A stretch of DNA of 58,611 bases. It comes from Candidatus Magasanikiibacteriota bacterium. Its GTDB lineage: Bacteria; Patescibacteriota; Patescibacteriia; Magasanikbacterales; UBA922. Location of the stretch: NCBI GenBank assembly GCA_043809645.1, contig JBDROX010000028.1, forward strand, positions 1 through 58,611, read 5' to 3'. How positions within the stretch are numbered: position 1 is the first letter of the stretch; each line of letters begins with the position of its first letter. Below the pieces are notes generated by a model, which did not search any database, was not told where the DNA came from, and saw only the letters and a list, made by a program, of their open reading frames with translations. The position numbers and the translations under genes are program-made. Shown here in pieces: positions 17,682-27,032 of this stretch.

Positions 17682-18071
17682 ATGGTAAAAAAAGGAAAAA
17701 GCTCAAAAAAGAAAACAATAAAACCTGTTGGTCATGGGCGTGCTTATATTCAGGCCACCTTCAACAACACGATTGTCACTATTACTGATCAGAACGGAGA
17801 CGTGCTTGGTTGGGCCAGTGCTGGTGTGGTTGGGTTCAAAGGACCAAAGAAAGCAACGCCATATGCTGCAGGACAGGTCGTAAAGAAAGTAGCGGAAGAT
17901 GTTAAGCCATACGCCGTAAAAGAAGTAAGTATTTTCGTCAAAGGTATTGGTGGTGGAAGAGAAGGTGCTATTCGTGCATTCAACAACAATGGAATTCAGG
18001 TTGTTGCTGTCAGAGATGTGACACCAATTCCACACAATGGATGTCGCCCACCAAAGAGACGAAGAGTTTAA
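17682..18071 (+). CDS. rpsK: Ribosomal protein uS11
   Basis: AYIQATFNNTIVTITDQNGDVLGWASAG...DVTPIPHNGCRPPKRRR. Confidence 0.97.
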   Translation: MVKKGKSSKKKTIKPVGHGRAYIQATFNNTIVTITDQNGDVLGWASAGVVGFKGPKKATPYAAGQVVKKVAEDVKPYAVKEVSIFVKGIGGGREGAIRAFNNNGIQVVAVRDVTPIPHNGCRPPKRRRV

Positions 18072-18095
18072 TCATTACGTACGAACGAAATCATT

Positions 18096-18719
18096 ATGGG
18101 AAGATATATTGGTCCGAAAAATAAAATTGCACGACGTTTTGGGGTAAACCTCTGGCTCAAAACAAATCCTACAAAGGTTGCAAGACGTTTGGCTCAAAAG
18201 CCGGGTGTTCATGGAACCAAGAATATGCGAAGGAATGTTTCTACTTATGGAAAGCAGCTTTTGGAAAAACAAAAAGCAAAGTATGTTTATGGCATAAGGG
18301 AGAAGCAGCTTCGAAGATATGTAGATGAGGCAAGTAGACGTGAAGGTGACTCTGGAACCAATCTTCAACAAATTCTCGAGACAAGATTTGATAATGTCAT
18401 CTACCGAATGGGGTATGCTGTGACGCGTGCTCAGGCTAGACAGTTTGTTAGTCATAATATGTTCCTGGTCAATGGAAAAAAGATGAATATTCCATCACAT
18501 CTTGTAAAGATTGGGGATACTGTTGAACTCAAACAAAATAAACAAAGCAAGACAATCTTTCATGATATTTCTGACCGACTTTCAAAGCAGGATCTACCAT
18601 CTTGGCTCCGCGTAGACAGTGCAAAGAAGTCGGGTGAGGTCACAAGTGTCCCACATGAGAAAGATTTTGATAAAATTTTTGATGTTAAGCTCATTATTGA
18701 GTACTATTCTTCTCGTTAA
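18096..18719 (+). CDS. rpsD: Ribosomal protein uS4
   Basis: MGRYIGPKNKIARRFG...LETRFDNVIYRMGYAVTRAQARQFVSH. Confidence 0.97.
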   Translation: MGRYIGPKNKIARRFGVNLWLKTNPTKVARRLAQKPGVHGTKNMRRNVSTYGKQLLEKQKAKYVYGIREKQLRRYVDEASRREGDSGTNLQQILETRFDNVIYRMGYAVTRAQARQFVSHNMFLVNGKKMNIPSHLVKIGDTVELKQNKQSKTIFHDISDRLSKQDLPSWLRVDSAKKSGEVTSVPHEKDFDKIFDVKLIIEYYSSR

Positions 18720-18761
18720 TTCAAAGGAGCCTGTCCCTTTGGGTATCCTCTCTAAACATAC

Positions 18762-19562
18762 ATGTGTATGGAAAATATTATTCTCCCATCAACTATAGAC
18801 TTCCAGGAGACTGACAGCGAGAACGTCGGTCGCATTGAGATCACACCATGTCATCAGGGATATGGGACAACTATTGGCAACGCGCTCAGACGTGTTCTCC
18901 TCTCGTCTCTTCCTGGAGCAGCCGTAGAATCAATCAAGATAGAAGGTGTCCAGCATGAATTTTCTGGTATCGAGGGTGTAGAAGAAGATGTCATTGAGAT
19001 CATTCTAAATCTCAAACAACTTGCAGTCCGATCATATAGTGATGAACCAGTCGTTTTGACACTGACAAAAAAAGGGAAAGGGCCTGTAAAAGCATCTGAC
19101 ATAGAAAAGAATGCAGATGTGGAAGTCATCAATAAAGATCTCGTGATTGCTCATGTATCTGATGATTCCAAAACATTTGAGATGGAACTGACTATTGGAC
19201 AGGGTAGAGGATTTGTTCCAGTGAGCCAGAAAGACACAAAAGGGCTCGATCTTGGAAGAATTGCCATTGATTCTCTTTACACTCCAATCAATGATATTGG
19301 TTACAATGTAGAATCAACTCGTGTTGGTGATGTGACAGACTATGAGAAGCTTGTGCTGACTATTGAAACCAATGGAACACTGACTGCAAAGGAAGCTATT
19401 ATTCAGGCTACACAGATCTTGATGAGTCATTTTTCATTGATTCTCGACTCTGCAGAAGGAAAGAGCCCAGTGTCCACTCTCGATGAAGAGGTGGAAGATA
19501 TAGCTTCTGAGCAAGTTGAAGAAGCAGGAAAAGAACCAAAAGAGGAGAAAGAAGAAGAATAA
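18762..19562 (+). CDS. rpoA: RNA polymerase alpha subunit, N-terminal domain only, with an acidic tail in place of the alpha-CTD
   Basis: GYGTTIGNALRRVLLSSLPGAAV...EDVIEIILNLKQL is the alpha-NTD. The protein ends after about 230 aa with an E/D/K-rich tail, and rplQ follows 25 nt later. The start could be 18762 or 18768. Confidence 0.9.
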   Translation: MCMENIILPSTIDFQETDSENVGRIEITPCHQGYGTTIGNALRRVLLSSLPGAAVESIKIEGVQHEFSGIEGVEEDVIEIILNLKQLAVRSYSDEPVVLTLTKKGKGPVKASDIEKNADVEVINKDLVIAHVSDDSKTFEMELTIGQGRGFVPVSQKDTKGLDLGRIAIDSLYTPINDIGYNVESTRVGDVTDYEKLVLTIETNGTLTAKEAIIQATQILMSHFSLILDSAEGKSPVSTLDEEVEDIASEQVEEAGKEPKEEKEEE

Positions 19563-19587
19563 TTGACTAGCGTTTGATAATACGAAT

Positions 19588-19938
19588 ATGCGTCATAAAC
19601 AAAAGAAAAGCACATTAGGGAGAACCAAGGCTCCGCGCGAGGCTCTTATGAGGAGCCTGGCAGAGAGTTTGATTTTGCATGGAAATATCAAAACTACACT
19701 TGCAAAGGCAAAAGCGCTTAGAACATTCATTGAGCCGCTCGTGACCAAGGCAAGAAAGGGTGATCTCACAGCACAAAGAGCTGTCCGAAAGGTGCTCTAT
19801 ACTGATGACGCAATAAATAAATTGATGAAAGAGGTCGGCCCCCAGTATGTAGGTAGGGATGGTGGATACACACGTATTATCAAAATAGGGGCGCGATCGA
19901 ATGATGCGGCTGAAATGGCCCGTATTGAATTCGTCTAA
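19588..19938 (+). CDS. rplQ: Ribosomal protein bL17
   Basis: MRHKQKKSTLGRTKAPREALMRSLAESLILHGNIKTTLAKAK... Confidence 0.95.
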   Translation: MRHKQKKSTLGRTKAPREALMRSLAESLILHGNIKTTLAKAKALRTFIEPLVTKARKGDLTAQRAVRKVLYTDDAINKLMKEVGPQYVGRDGGYTRIIKIGARSNDAAEMARIEFV

Positions 19939-19950
19939 TTATAGAAGTGT

Positions 19951-20313
19951 ATTACACAAGAAATTAAAAGAGAAAAGCACGAAATTGACGCAACAGATAG
20001 GGCTGTTGGTCGTATTGCAACAGAAGTAGCGCTTCTCCTCCGAGGAAAGAATAAACCAACCTTTGAGCCTCACATCGATGCCGGTGATTTTGTTGCAATC
20101 AAGAATATCACAAAGGTGAAGTTTTCTGGAAAGAAGCTTGAGCAAAAAGATTATTTCCATCATACGATGCACCCAGGAGGACTTAGGAGAACACCAATGA
20201 AGAAAGTGTTTCAAAAAGATCCAGGGGAAGTCCTGAGACGAGCCGTATACGGTATGCTTCCAAAGAATAAGCTTCGAGATGAAATGATGAAGCGTCTCAC
20301 TATTAAAGCATAA
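19951..20313 (+). CDS. rplM: Ribosomal protein uL13 (no canonical start codon; 5' end uncertain)
   Basis: The frame opens after TAG at 19942-19944 and reads ITQEIKREKHEIDATDRAVGRIATEVALLLRGKNKPTFEPHIDAGDFV...HHTMHPGG...MLPKNKL, a clear uL13. No in-frame ATG, GTG or TTG occurs before the conserved core. ATT at 19951 is the best candidate start. Confidence 0.8.
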   Translation: MTQEIKREKHEIDATDRAVGRIATEVALLLRGKNKPTFEPHIDAGDFVAIKNITKVKFSGKKLEQKDYFHHTMHPGGLRRTPMKKVFQKDPGEVLRRAVYGMLPKNKLRDEMMKRLTIKA

Positions 20314-20328
20314 TTTTAGGATAATGAT

Positions 20329-20733
20329 ATGATAGCAAAAAAAGAACAATCTATGGAGCGTGCCGTAGGGAGAAGAAAGACAGCCATTGCACGCACAAGA
20401 ATTATGCCTGGAAAAGGTGAGATTACTGTCAACGGAAAGGGTCTCAAAGAATTTTTTCCACTCTTTCTTCTACAGCAGAAAGTATTATCACCATTAAAGG
20501 TGACTGGAAGAGAGAATGATATGGATGTGAGTGTAAAAGTTCTTGGTGGTGGTGTCCATGGACAGGCTGATGCTGTGAGACATGGTATCGCCAGGGCACT
20601 TGTGAAGTGGAATGAGGATCTCAAACCAATGCTCAAAGCAGAAGGATATCTCACTCGAGATTCTCGAGCAAAGGAGCGAAAGAAATATGGAAGACGAAAA
20701 GCTCGAAGAGGACATCAGTGGAAGAAACGTTAA
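20329..20733 (+). CDS. rpsI: Ribosomal protein uS9
   Basis: VGRRKTAIARTRI...GGGVHGQADAVRHGIARAL...DSRAKERKKYG. Confidence 0.97.
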   Translation: MIAKKEQSMERAVGRRKTAIARTRIMPGKGEITVNGKGLKEFFPLFLLQQKVLSPLKVTGRENDMDVSVKVLGGGVHGQADAVRHGIARALVKWNEDLKPMLKAEGYLTRDSRAKERKKYGRRKARRGHQWKKR

Positions 20734-20744
20734 AAAAGTCCTTC

Positions 20745-20777
20745 AAACAATCCGCCAATGCGGATTGTTTTTTTTCT
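20745..20777 (+). terminator. Intrinsic terminator after rpsI
   Basis: AAACAATCCGC-CAAT-GCGGATTGTTT (11-bp stem) followed by a T run. Confidence 0.85.
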
Positions 20778-20802
20778 ATGTTTAGCGTAAAATAGGATTG
20801 TT

Positions 20803-22233
20803 ATGAGCAGATCGATTGCAAAAAATGCAGCATTTCTTACAGCTGCCTCAGTAGGACAAAAGATAATATCTTTTGTTTATTTTACTGTCATTGCAAGGAA
20901 TATTGGTGTAGAGGGTACTGGAAAGTACTTTTTTGCTCTAAGCTTCACAACTGTCTTCGTCATCTTCATAGATCTAGGATTTAGTCGTGTACTCATCCGT
21001 GAGGCAGCAAAGGCAAGGGATAAACTCCAGCTCTATTTCTCAACAGTCATCAGTGTGAAGATCCTTCTCGGCTTATTGACCTATATTGCTGCAGTAGTGT
21101 CTATTAATTTGCTCGGGTATCCTACAGAGACGAAGCATCTTGTTTACGTTTCTGCTATTACCATGTTGTTCGACTCTCTTCATTTGACTATCTATGCCAC
21201 ACTTCAGGCGATGGGTGACTTGAAGTGGGAGGCAGGAGGTATCATTGGATCACAGCTACTCACACTCATTTTGGGTACAATATTTCTTTTTCTTGGTTTT
21301 CCGCTTATCTTCCTTATTGTTGCATTCACCATACCAAGTTTTTTGAATGCTTCATACGCAGCTATTGTCGTTTGGAAGAAATACGGCATAAAACTCATTC
21401 CAAAATTCCATAAACCAACATTTATGTATGTTGGGAAGATTGCCATTCCTTTTGCTATTGCTGCCGTGTTCGCACGTCTCTACTCATACGCAGATTCACT
21501 TATACTTTCGAAAATTGCAGGAGATGTGGCAGTAGGGCTATACAGTATCCCATACAAGATTACATTTGCATTCCAATTTATCCCACTTGGGCTCCTGGCA
21601 GCGCTCTACCCGAGATTTAGTGAATACTTTGTTCATGACCGGAAGCGTCTTGCTTTTATTTTTGAGCGGGGAATAAAGTATCTCATGATTATCGCATTTC
21701 CGATTGCTATTGGAATTGCAGTCCTGGCAAAGGATATTATCTTTACCATATACACTCCAGAATACGCCAGTTCAGTACTCCCTCTCAGAATTTTAATTGT
21801 GAGTTTGATTTTTTCTTTTGTTGGTTTTCCAATTGGTGGATTTCTTAATGCGTGTAACAAGCAAGTCACACAGACAATTATTGTGGGTATTGTTTTGGTT
21901 GTGAATGTAACACTAAATCTCATCCTTATTCCTAGGATAGATATTGTTGGTGCAGCTATAGCTGCACTGGTTGGGAATTTCCTTTTAACATTCCTTGGAA
22001 TTTTTATCGTACCGAAGGTTACAAAGATATCCTATGAATTTCTTGGAAAAGCACTAATACAAGTAGTCATTTCTGCTGCAGTTATGGGTCTCATGGTTTG
22101 GTTTATCAATGGGCTTGCTCACTTTCTCATCGCTATTCTAGCTGGTGCTGTTGTGTATCCTGTTATGCTATTTGTGACTCGGGCAGTAACAAAAACACAA
22201 CTGCAGGAAGCATATGCTCTAATAAAAAAATAG
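20803..22233 (+). CDS. Wzx-type oligosaccharide/polysaccharide flippase (MOP superfamily)
   Basis: 476 aa with about 12-14 TM segments. Has the N-terminal NAAFLTAASVGQKIISFVYFTVIAR and gene context with glycosyltransferases. Confidence 0.8.
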   Translation: MSRSIAKNAAFLTAASVGQKIISFVYFTVIARNIGVEGTGKYFFALSFTTVFVIFIDLGFSRVLIREAAKARDKLQLYFSTVISVKILLGLLTYIAAVVSINLLGYPTETKHLVYVSAITMLFDSLHLTIYATLQAMGDLKWEAGGIIGSQLLTLILGTIFLFLGFPLIFLIVAFTIPSFLNASYAAIVVWKKYGIKLIPKFHKPTFMYVGKIAIPFAIAAVFARLYSYADSLILSKIAGDVAVGLYSIPYKITFAFQFIPLGLLAALYPRFSEYFVHDRKRLAFIFERGIKYLMIIAFPIAIGIAVLAKDIIFTIYTPEYASSVLPLRILIVSLIFSFVGFPIGGFLNACNKQVTQTIIVGIVLVVNVTLNLILIPRIDIVGAAIAALVGNFLLTFLGIFIVPKVTKISYEFLGKALIQVVISAAVMGLMVWFINGLAHFLIAILAGAVVYPVMLFVTRAVTKTQLQEAYALIKK

Positions 22234-22234
22234 T

Positions 22235-23380
22235 ATGAAAAAAACACTCATTGTCACACTCGAGTTTCCCCCAACTGTTGGGGGAATAGCAACGTATGTC
22301 CATGACATGGCCAATGCTATGGATCCGTCAAAGACCATTGTTTTGACACCAGAACACAAGGAACAAAAGCAGTTTGATGGAAGACAGCGTTACAAAATTT
22401 TGAGAAAAAAATTATTCTCGCCGAAGTTCATTTGGCCACGATGGTGGAAGCTTGTTCGGCACGTCAAGAAAATTGTAAAGCAAGAAGAGATTGAGCTCAT
22501 TATGGTTCATCATGTATTGCCTGCAGGATATGCGGCAATTCTTCGGAAGAAGTTTGGAAAGATTCCTTTCCTTCTCTTCTCACATGGAACAGATCTTGTT
22601 GCTGGTACCGCAACCAAATGGAAGAAGAGAATGGTAACAATGGTTTCTCAGCATGCAGACCAGATTGTATTCAATAGTGAATCCCTCAAGAGAAGATTTC
22701 TCAGAGTGCTTCCTCAGTTTGAGGAGAAATCGCTAGTGCTCTATCCGTGTCCGAATCCATCCTTCCTGCAGTCACCAGACCCAAAAGAGCTTGATGCACT
22801 CAAAGCTCGGTATGCTCTCAAAGGGAAGAATGTTATCCTGTCTGTTTCTAGACTTGCCGAAGGGAAAGGATTTCCACATCTACTGCGTATGATGCCCGAA
22901 GTACTGGAGAAAGCTCCACACACTGTTTGGATGATAGTAGGAGATGGGCCAAAGAAAGATGATCTTATAAAACAAATTCAGGAGATGAATCTTCAGAATG
23001 TCATTCGGTTCATTGGAGAAACACCTCATAAAGATATCAAGAAATATTATTATCTTGCAGACCTCTTCGTTCTCCTCACACATCCTGACGAGGGAAGAGA
23101 AGAAGGTCTTGGTCTTGTCTTCCTCGAAGCAGCGGCCGCAGGTCTTCCTGTAGTTGCTGGGAGAAGTGGTGGTGTGGAAGAGGCTGTGAAAGATAAGGAA
23201 ACAGGACTTGTTGTGGACCTGCGTGCACAAGCAAAAGATATTCCAGCTATGATCTCAGAGCTTCTCAATAACCCAGAAGAGCTTGCAGAAGTGGGAGAGA
23301 GAGCCAAGGATAGAATCAGAAGTGATTTCGTCTGGGAGTATCAGCTCAATAAACTTAAGCCTTGGTTACAGGATGAATAA
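22235..23380 (+). CDS. GT4 (GT-B fold) glycosyltransferase
   Basis: PPTVGGIATYV N-terminus and the C-terminal EGLGLVFLEAAAAGLPVVAGRSGGVEE (E-x7-E). Confidence 0.85.
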   Translation: MKKTLIVTLEFPPTVGGIATYVHDMANAMDPSKTIVLTPEHKEQKQFDGRQRYKILRKKLFSPKFIWPRWWKLVRHVKKIVKQEEIELIMVHHVLPAGYAAILRKKFGKIPFLLFSHGTDLVAGTATKWKKRMVTMVSQHADQIVFNSESLKRRFLRVLPQFEEKSLVLYPCPNPSFLQSPDPKELDALKARYALKGKNVILSVSRLAEGKGFPHLLRMMPEVLEKAPHTVWMIVGDGPKKDDLIKQIQEMNLQNVIRFIGETPHKDIKKYYYLADLFVLLTHPDEGREEGLGLVFLEAAAAGLPVVAGRSGGVEEAVKDKETGLVVDLRAQAKDIPAMISELLNNPEELAEVGERAKDRIRSDFVWEYQLNKLKPWLQDE

Positions 23381-24098
23381 TATGCGACCTCTCATCAGTG
23401 TCATTATTCCGGTCTATAATCAGGTAGACAAGTTTAAGCTTGCTTTGCTATCGATCGAGAATCAGACCTATAAGAATATTGAGATTATTGTAATAGACGA
23501 CGGCAGTGAAGAAGAAATTCAAAATTCAAAATTCAAAATTAGTAAAGATATTCCACTTCATCTTTATAGACAAGAAAATAAAGGAGCCCCAGCTGCGAGG
23601 AACAAGGGATTTGAATTATCAAAAGGGGAATACGTCATATTTTGGGATGCAGATATTATTGCATATCCAGAAATGCTGGAGAAGATGTATCTAGCTCTAC
23701 AGCAAGAAAGCCAGGTGAGCTATGCATATTCAGATTTTTATTTTGGAAAGAAGAAGATGAAAGCAGGGGGGTTTGATGGGGAGAGATTGAAAAAAAATAA
23801 TTATATTACAACAGCAAGTCTTATTCATCGTGAGGATGTTGTTCCGTTTGATGAGAATCTAAAACGTTTTCAGGATTGGGATCTGTGGCTCACAATGCTC
23901 GAGCAGGGGAAGAAGGGTGTCCATGTCCCAGAGTTTCTTTTTACAATTATTCCTGGTGGAACCATGAGTTCCTGGCTTCCATCATTCGCATATAAAAAAC
24001 CCTGGAGATGGATTCCAGGGATTGAGAAGAAAGTGGAAAAATATGAGGAGGCAAAGGGAGTAGTCCAGAAAAAACATCATTTAAAAACATCTGCTTAG
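23373..24098 (+). CDS. GT2 glycosyltransferase
   Basis: ISVIIPVYNQ...VIDDGSEE...NKGAPAARNKG...WDADI (DxD). The start overlaps the GT4 stop. Confidence 0.85.
   Translation: MNNMRPLISVIIPVYNQVDKFKLALLSIENQTYKNIEIIVIDDGSEEEIQNSKFKISKDIPLHLYRQENKGAPAARNKGFELSKGEYVIFWDADIIAYPEMLEKMYLALQQESQVSYAYSDFYFGKKKMKAGGFDGERLKKNNYITTASLIHREDVVPFDENLKRFQDWDLWLTMLEQGKKGVHVPEFLFTIIPGGTMSSWLPSFAYKKPWRWIPGIEKKVEKYEEAKGVVQKKHHLKTSA
23514..23541 (+). repeat. 7-nt tandem array GAAATTC AAAATTC AAAATTC AAAATTA (in GT2 gene)
   Basis: Read directly; it encodes EIQNSKFKI. Confidence 0.9.
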
Positions 24099-25606
24099 GC
24101 GGATGTTTTTTCTTCTCCAAGTTTCTCCTCAAGTCGATGGAATATCCTATATAATGTTGGCAATATCTTTTCAAATATTGTGACAGGCTTCATTGCCAGG
24201 GTCAACGCCATAACAAGATAGAATATCCCGAGCACATGGAAGAGTGCTGGGGATGTAATCGTCATAATGACAAGGGCTACGATACCACCCAAAATACCCA
24301 CATAGAAATCATGGTAGTCGCTCATTGATTCTATCTTCATGACAAGCTCGTACAGGATCAGTCCGAGAATAGAGATGAAAGAGAGGAATCCAAAGAGGCC
24401 AAGTTCTGCGAAGAGTTCAAGGTATCCCCAATCAAATTGTGTTGTTCTCACGTTTTGGAATTTTACTGGATCATAGAAGGTTAGTGATGCCCCGAGTCCA
24501 GAACCGAGCAGTGGGTGGGCTTTTATTGTTTCAAGTATTGGTTCGAGGAGTGTCATGCGTGTGTATGTACTTGTCTCTGTTTCTGGAGCAAGGACACTAC
24601 CAATACGAACACCAAAGAGTTCAAGTCCGAGAGACTTCCCGCTAGATGACGCAATGGAGAAACTCACAAAGATTGCCATAAAGAGGACAAGGGTAGTGGA
24701 TGAAATAATAAGCCATCTGGACCACTTGTGCTTATACTTCAGAAAGATGAGTCCGATGATGAGGGCGAGAAAGTATGTTCTGGAAAGGTCAAGGACCAGA
24801 ATGATGAGAGAGAGGATGAGGAAGAATCTCCAAAGCTTGTGATGACTCTCCTCACGCATGAGGAGGGAGCAGATGAGGAGGACACCTGGGACGATGAGGA
24901 GATGTTCTGGAAGAACAATTCGGAAGAATCCTGTGCTCATGTCTGTTATCTTCCCCATAGCAACATCTCTAAACCAATGGTAGAAGGTGTCCTGGAGAGC
25001 TCCGAATCCACCCGAGTACCAGATGAATGTGAATATTGAAAAGAGAGCACTTCCAATAATGAATACGAGGAGGAGTCGAATCAGATATTCTTGCGTGGTT
25101 GGCTTTTGTAGGTAGTGGTAAAAGGGGAGAATAAGTAGGAGGAAGCTGAACGGAATCAGGTCACGGAATACCACGACAAGTCCGTGATTATTTGTGATAC
25201 CAACAATGACACCAATGATTACAAATACGGCAAGTGGAATAAAGTTATAGAAAATTTTGTGTTTTATCTTTAACATGTGGCGGAGGTTTCTCATGCTGGA
25301 GTGGTGGAGTACCCATAGGATGAGGAAGGTAGCCACAAGCATGGAGCGTAAGGATAGTCCAAAGAATTCAAAAAAGTGGCCTGCACCACCAAGAAAGAGC
25401 TCTCCCAAGACTATCATCCACGCTAGATCGACACTTTTGAAATAAATAACGCCAAAGGCCATGAGTGTGCCAAACATCAGAATTGCCTGAATGAGTGCGT
25501 GATCAAAGAGGAGTAGTGAGAGAAGTCTGATACCAATAAAAATTCCTAGCAGCTGCCAGGTTTGTTTATTTACAAAGATTGATTTTGTTTTGAGGAAGTG
25601 TTGCAT
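24095..25606 (-). CDS. O-antigen ligase/polymerase-like (Wzy_C) membrane protein
   Basis: About 12 TM segments, a large periplasmic-type loop and GYLELFAELGLFGFL. I chose the ATG at 25606, after the upstream stop. Confidence 0.7.
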   Translation of the reverse strand: MQHFLKTKSIFVNKQTWQLLGIFIGIRLLSLLLFDHALIQAILMFGTLMAFGVIYFKSVDLAWMIVLGELFLGGAGHFFEFFGLSLRSMLVATFLILWVLHHSSMRNLRHMLKIKHKIFYNFIPLAVFVIIGVIVGITNNHGLVVVFRDLIPFSFLLLILPFYHYLQKPTTQEYLIRLLLVFIIGSALFSIFTFIWYSGGFGALQDTFYHWFRDVAMGKITDMSTGFFRIVLPEHLLIVPGVLLICSLLMREESHHKLWRFFLILSLIILVLDLSRTYFLALIIGLIFLKYKHKWSRWLIISSTTLVLFMAIFVSFSIASSSGKSLGLELFGVRIGSVLAPETETSTYTRMTLLEPILETIKAHPLLGSGLGASLTFYDPVKFQNVRTTQFDWGYLELFAELGLFGFLSFISILGLILYELVMKIESMSDYHDFYVGILGGIVALVIMTITSPALFHVLGIFYLVMALTLAMKPVTIFEKILPTLYRIFHRLEEKLGEEKTSA

Positions 25607-25613
25607 GTTATCT

Positions 25614-26780
25614 TTATCGCTTATTTTTGTCCTTATTTTTTCCCAGTGGATGATGTTTGGCTCCATACGTGCCTAGACATTCTACAGAATAATCTCTTGT
25701 TTGGTCGACAATATTAATCCCTTGTATTTTTTTGATTTTATTAAGTTTTTGAAAGGCCCGTCTTGTTGCATCGCGTTCTTTAATTTTTAGTGGTAACCGA
25801 GCTACTTCTTTCAGTCCTGTTTCTGTATATTTATTTTGCCTGGTTTGTTTAAGTATTTTTTGTTCGGCCCTGTCTTGTCGCAGTGATTGTGCCACAGCAC
25901 GTATGAGGGAATCTCTGAATTTTTTGTCTCCAGATATTTTTTCCTTATCAATTCCGGGAAAGTATTGTTCTATTAAATCAGCACCCGCTTCAATATCCCC
26001 TTTCATAAGAACAATCATTAACTGCCCTTGTTCCTGACATATCATTTCTTTTGTTCTGAGGTCGTCGTCTAATTTGTCTAATTCTTTGATAGCAGATTCA
26101 TTTAATATTTTTTTTGCTTCTGGGATTGCTTTCACAACACGAGATACATACACTCTTTCATAAGAAGTATCTTCATCGTTTTCCTGAGAAAAATTATCCT
26201 TTGGAATAGTAAAATTTGGATCTTGAATTTGCTCAGCATGTCCAAATTCATGTAAAAGTGATGATATACTTTCAGGTTTTTCAAAATTTGGCACATAGAC
26301 AATTTTTTGTGCATGGTCGATTACCGAGTATCCAGGAGTTAGGTCAGAAATCTCAGGAGAGCTTATAACTTTGTATCCTTTTGGTGCAAATTCTACCACA
26401 TCCACCGATGTTGGTTTACCATCTTTCTCACCCTTGAGTAAAACAGATTTTACAATCGCAGCTCTATTTATTTTATATTCAAAACCATTTATTACCCCAA
26501 GAGCCATGTCAATTTTTTGAGATTCAAATTCTACCTCTGCAGTGCAAATCAAATTTCCCTCAGCATCTCTATACTCATGTGTTTCAGTTAGGCCTTCACG
26601 ATTTTCTTTCCCTTCCTCCTCGAACTCACTCAACGCATCTGCTGCCTCATCTTCGACCTTTTGGAGATTTTGTATGGTCTGATCATCTAATGAAATATCT
26701 CTTTGTTCTGCAATAGCCTCTGCGGCAGGAATACCAGACTCTATAAAATCATCATACTCTTGTCGTGCTTGCGATAGCAT
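25614..26780 (-). CDS. Hypothetical protein with an HExxH motif (HEFGH), acidic N-terminus and basic C-terminus
   Basis: 388-aa ORF. SSLLHEFGHAEQ is the only recognisable motif, and I cannot assign a family. Confidence 0.5.
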   Translation of the reverse strand: MLSQARQEYDDFIESGIPAAEAIAEQRDISLDDQTIQNLQKVEDEAADALSEFEEEGKENREGLTETHEYRDAEGNLICTAEVEFESQKIDMALGVINGFEYKINRAAIVKSVLLKGEKDGKPTSVDVVEFAPKGYKVISSPEISDLTPGYSVIDHAQKIVYVPNFEKPESISSLLHEFGHAEQIQDPNFTIPKDNFSQENDEDTSYERVYVSRVVKAIPEAKKILNESAIKELDKLDDDLRTKEMICQEQGQLMIVLMKGDIEAGADLIEQYFPGIDKEKISGDKKFRDSLIRAVAQSLRQDRAEQKILKQTRQNKYTETGLKEVARLPLKIKERDATRRAFQKLNKIKKIQGINIVDQTRDYSVECLGTYGAKHHPLGKNKDKNKR

Positions 26781-26874
26781 TTCGTTATAACCTAGCTCTT
26801 TTGCCCCTTCTTGGGGTTCGTGGCTTTCAATCTCGCCTGTTGGTTGTAATTCAGGACTCTTAGTTATACATTTA

Positions 26875-27027
26875 TTAACTTTTTAATATTTTTTTTCTTA
26901 AATTTTCTATACTTTTTTTATCAATTTTTGAAATAAAAACCTTGATAATATCTGTTTGTCTTGAGCGCAACTTTTTCATTCTTTTTTTAAAATTTGATTG
27001 TGCTTTGAGGAATTTTTTGTCATCCAT
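26875..27027 (-). CDS. Small (50 aa) highly basic ORF following fmt
   Basis: MDDKKFLKAQSNFKKRMKKLRSRQTDIIKVFISKIDKKSIENLRKKILKS. The ATG is 5 nt after the fmt stop. No SD is seen and the sequence is AT-rich, so it may be spurious. Confidence 0.25.
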   Translation of the reverse strand: MDDKKFLKAQSNFKKRMKKLRSRQTDIIKVFISKIDKKSIENLRKKILKS

Positions 27028-27032
27028 AATAT

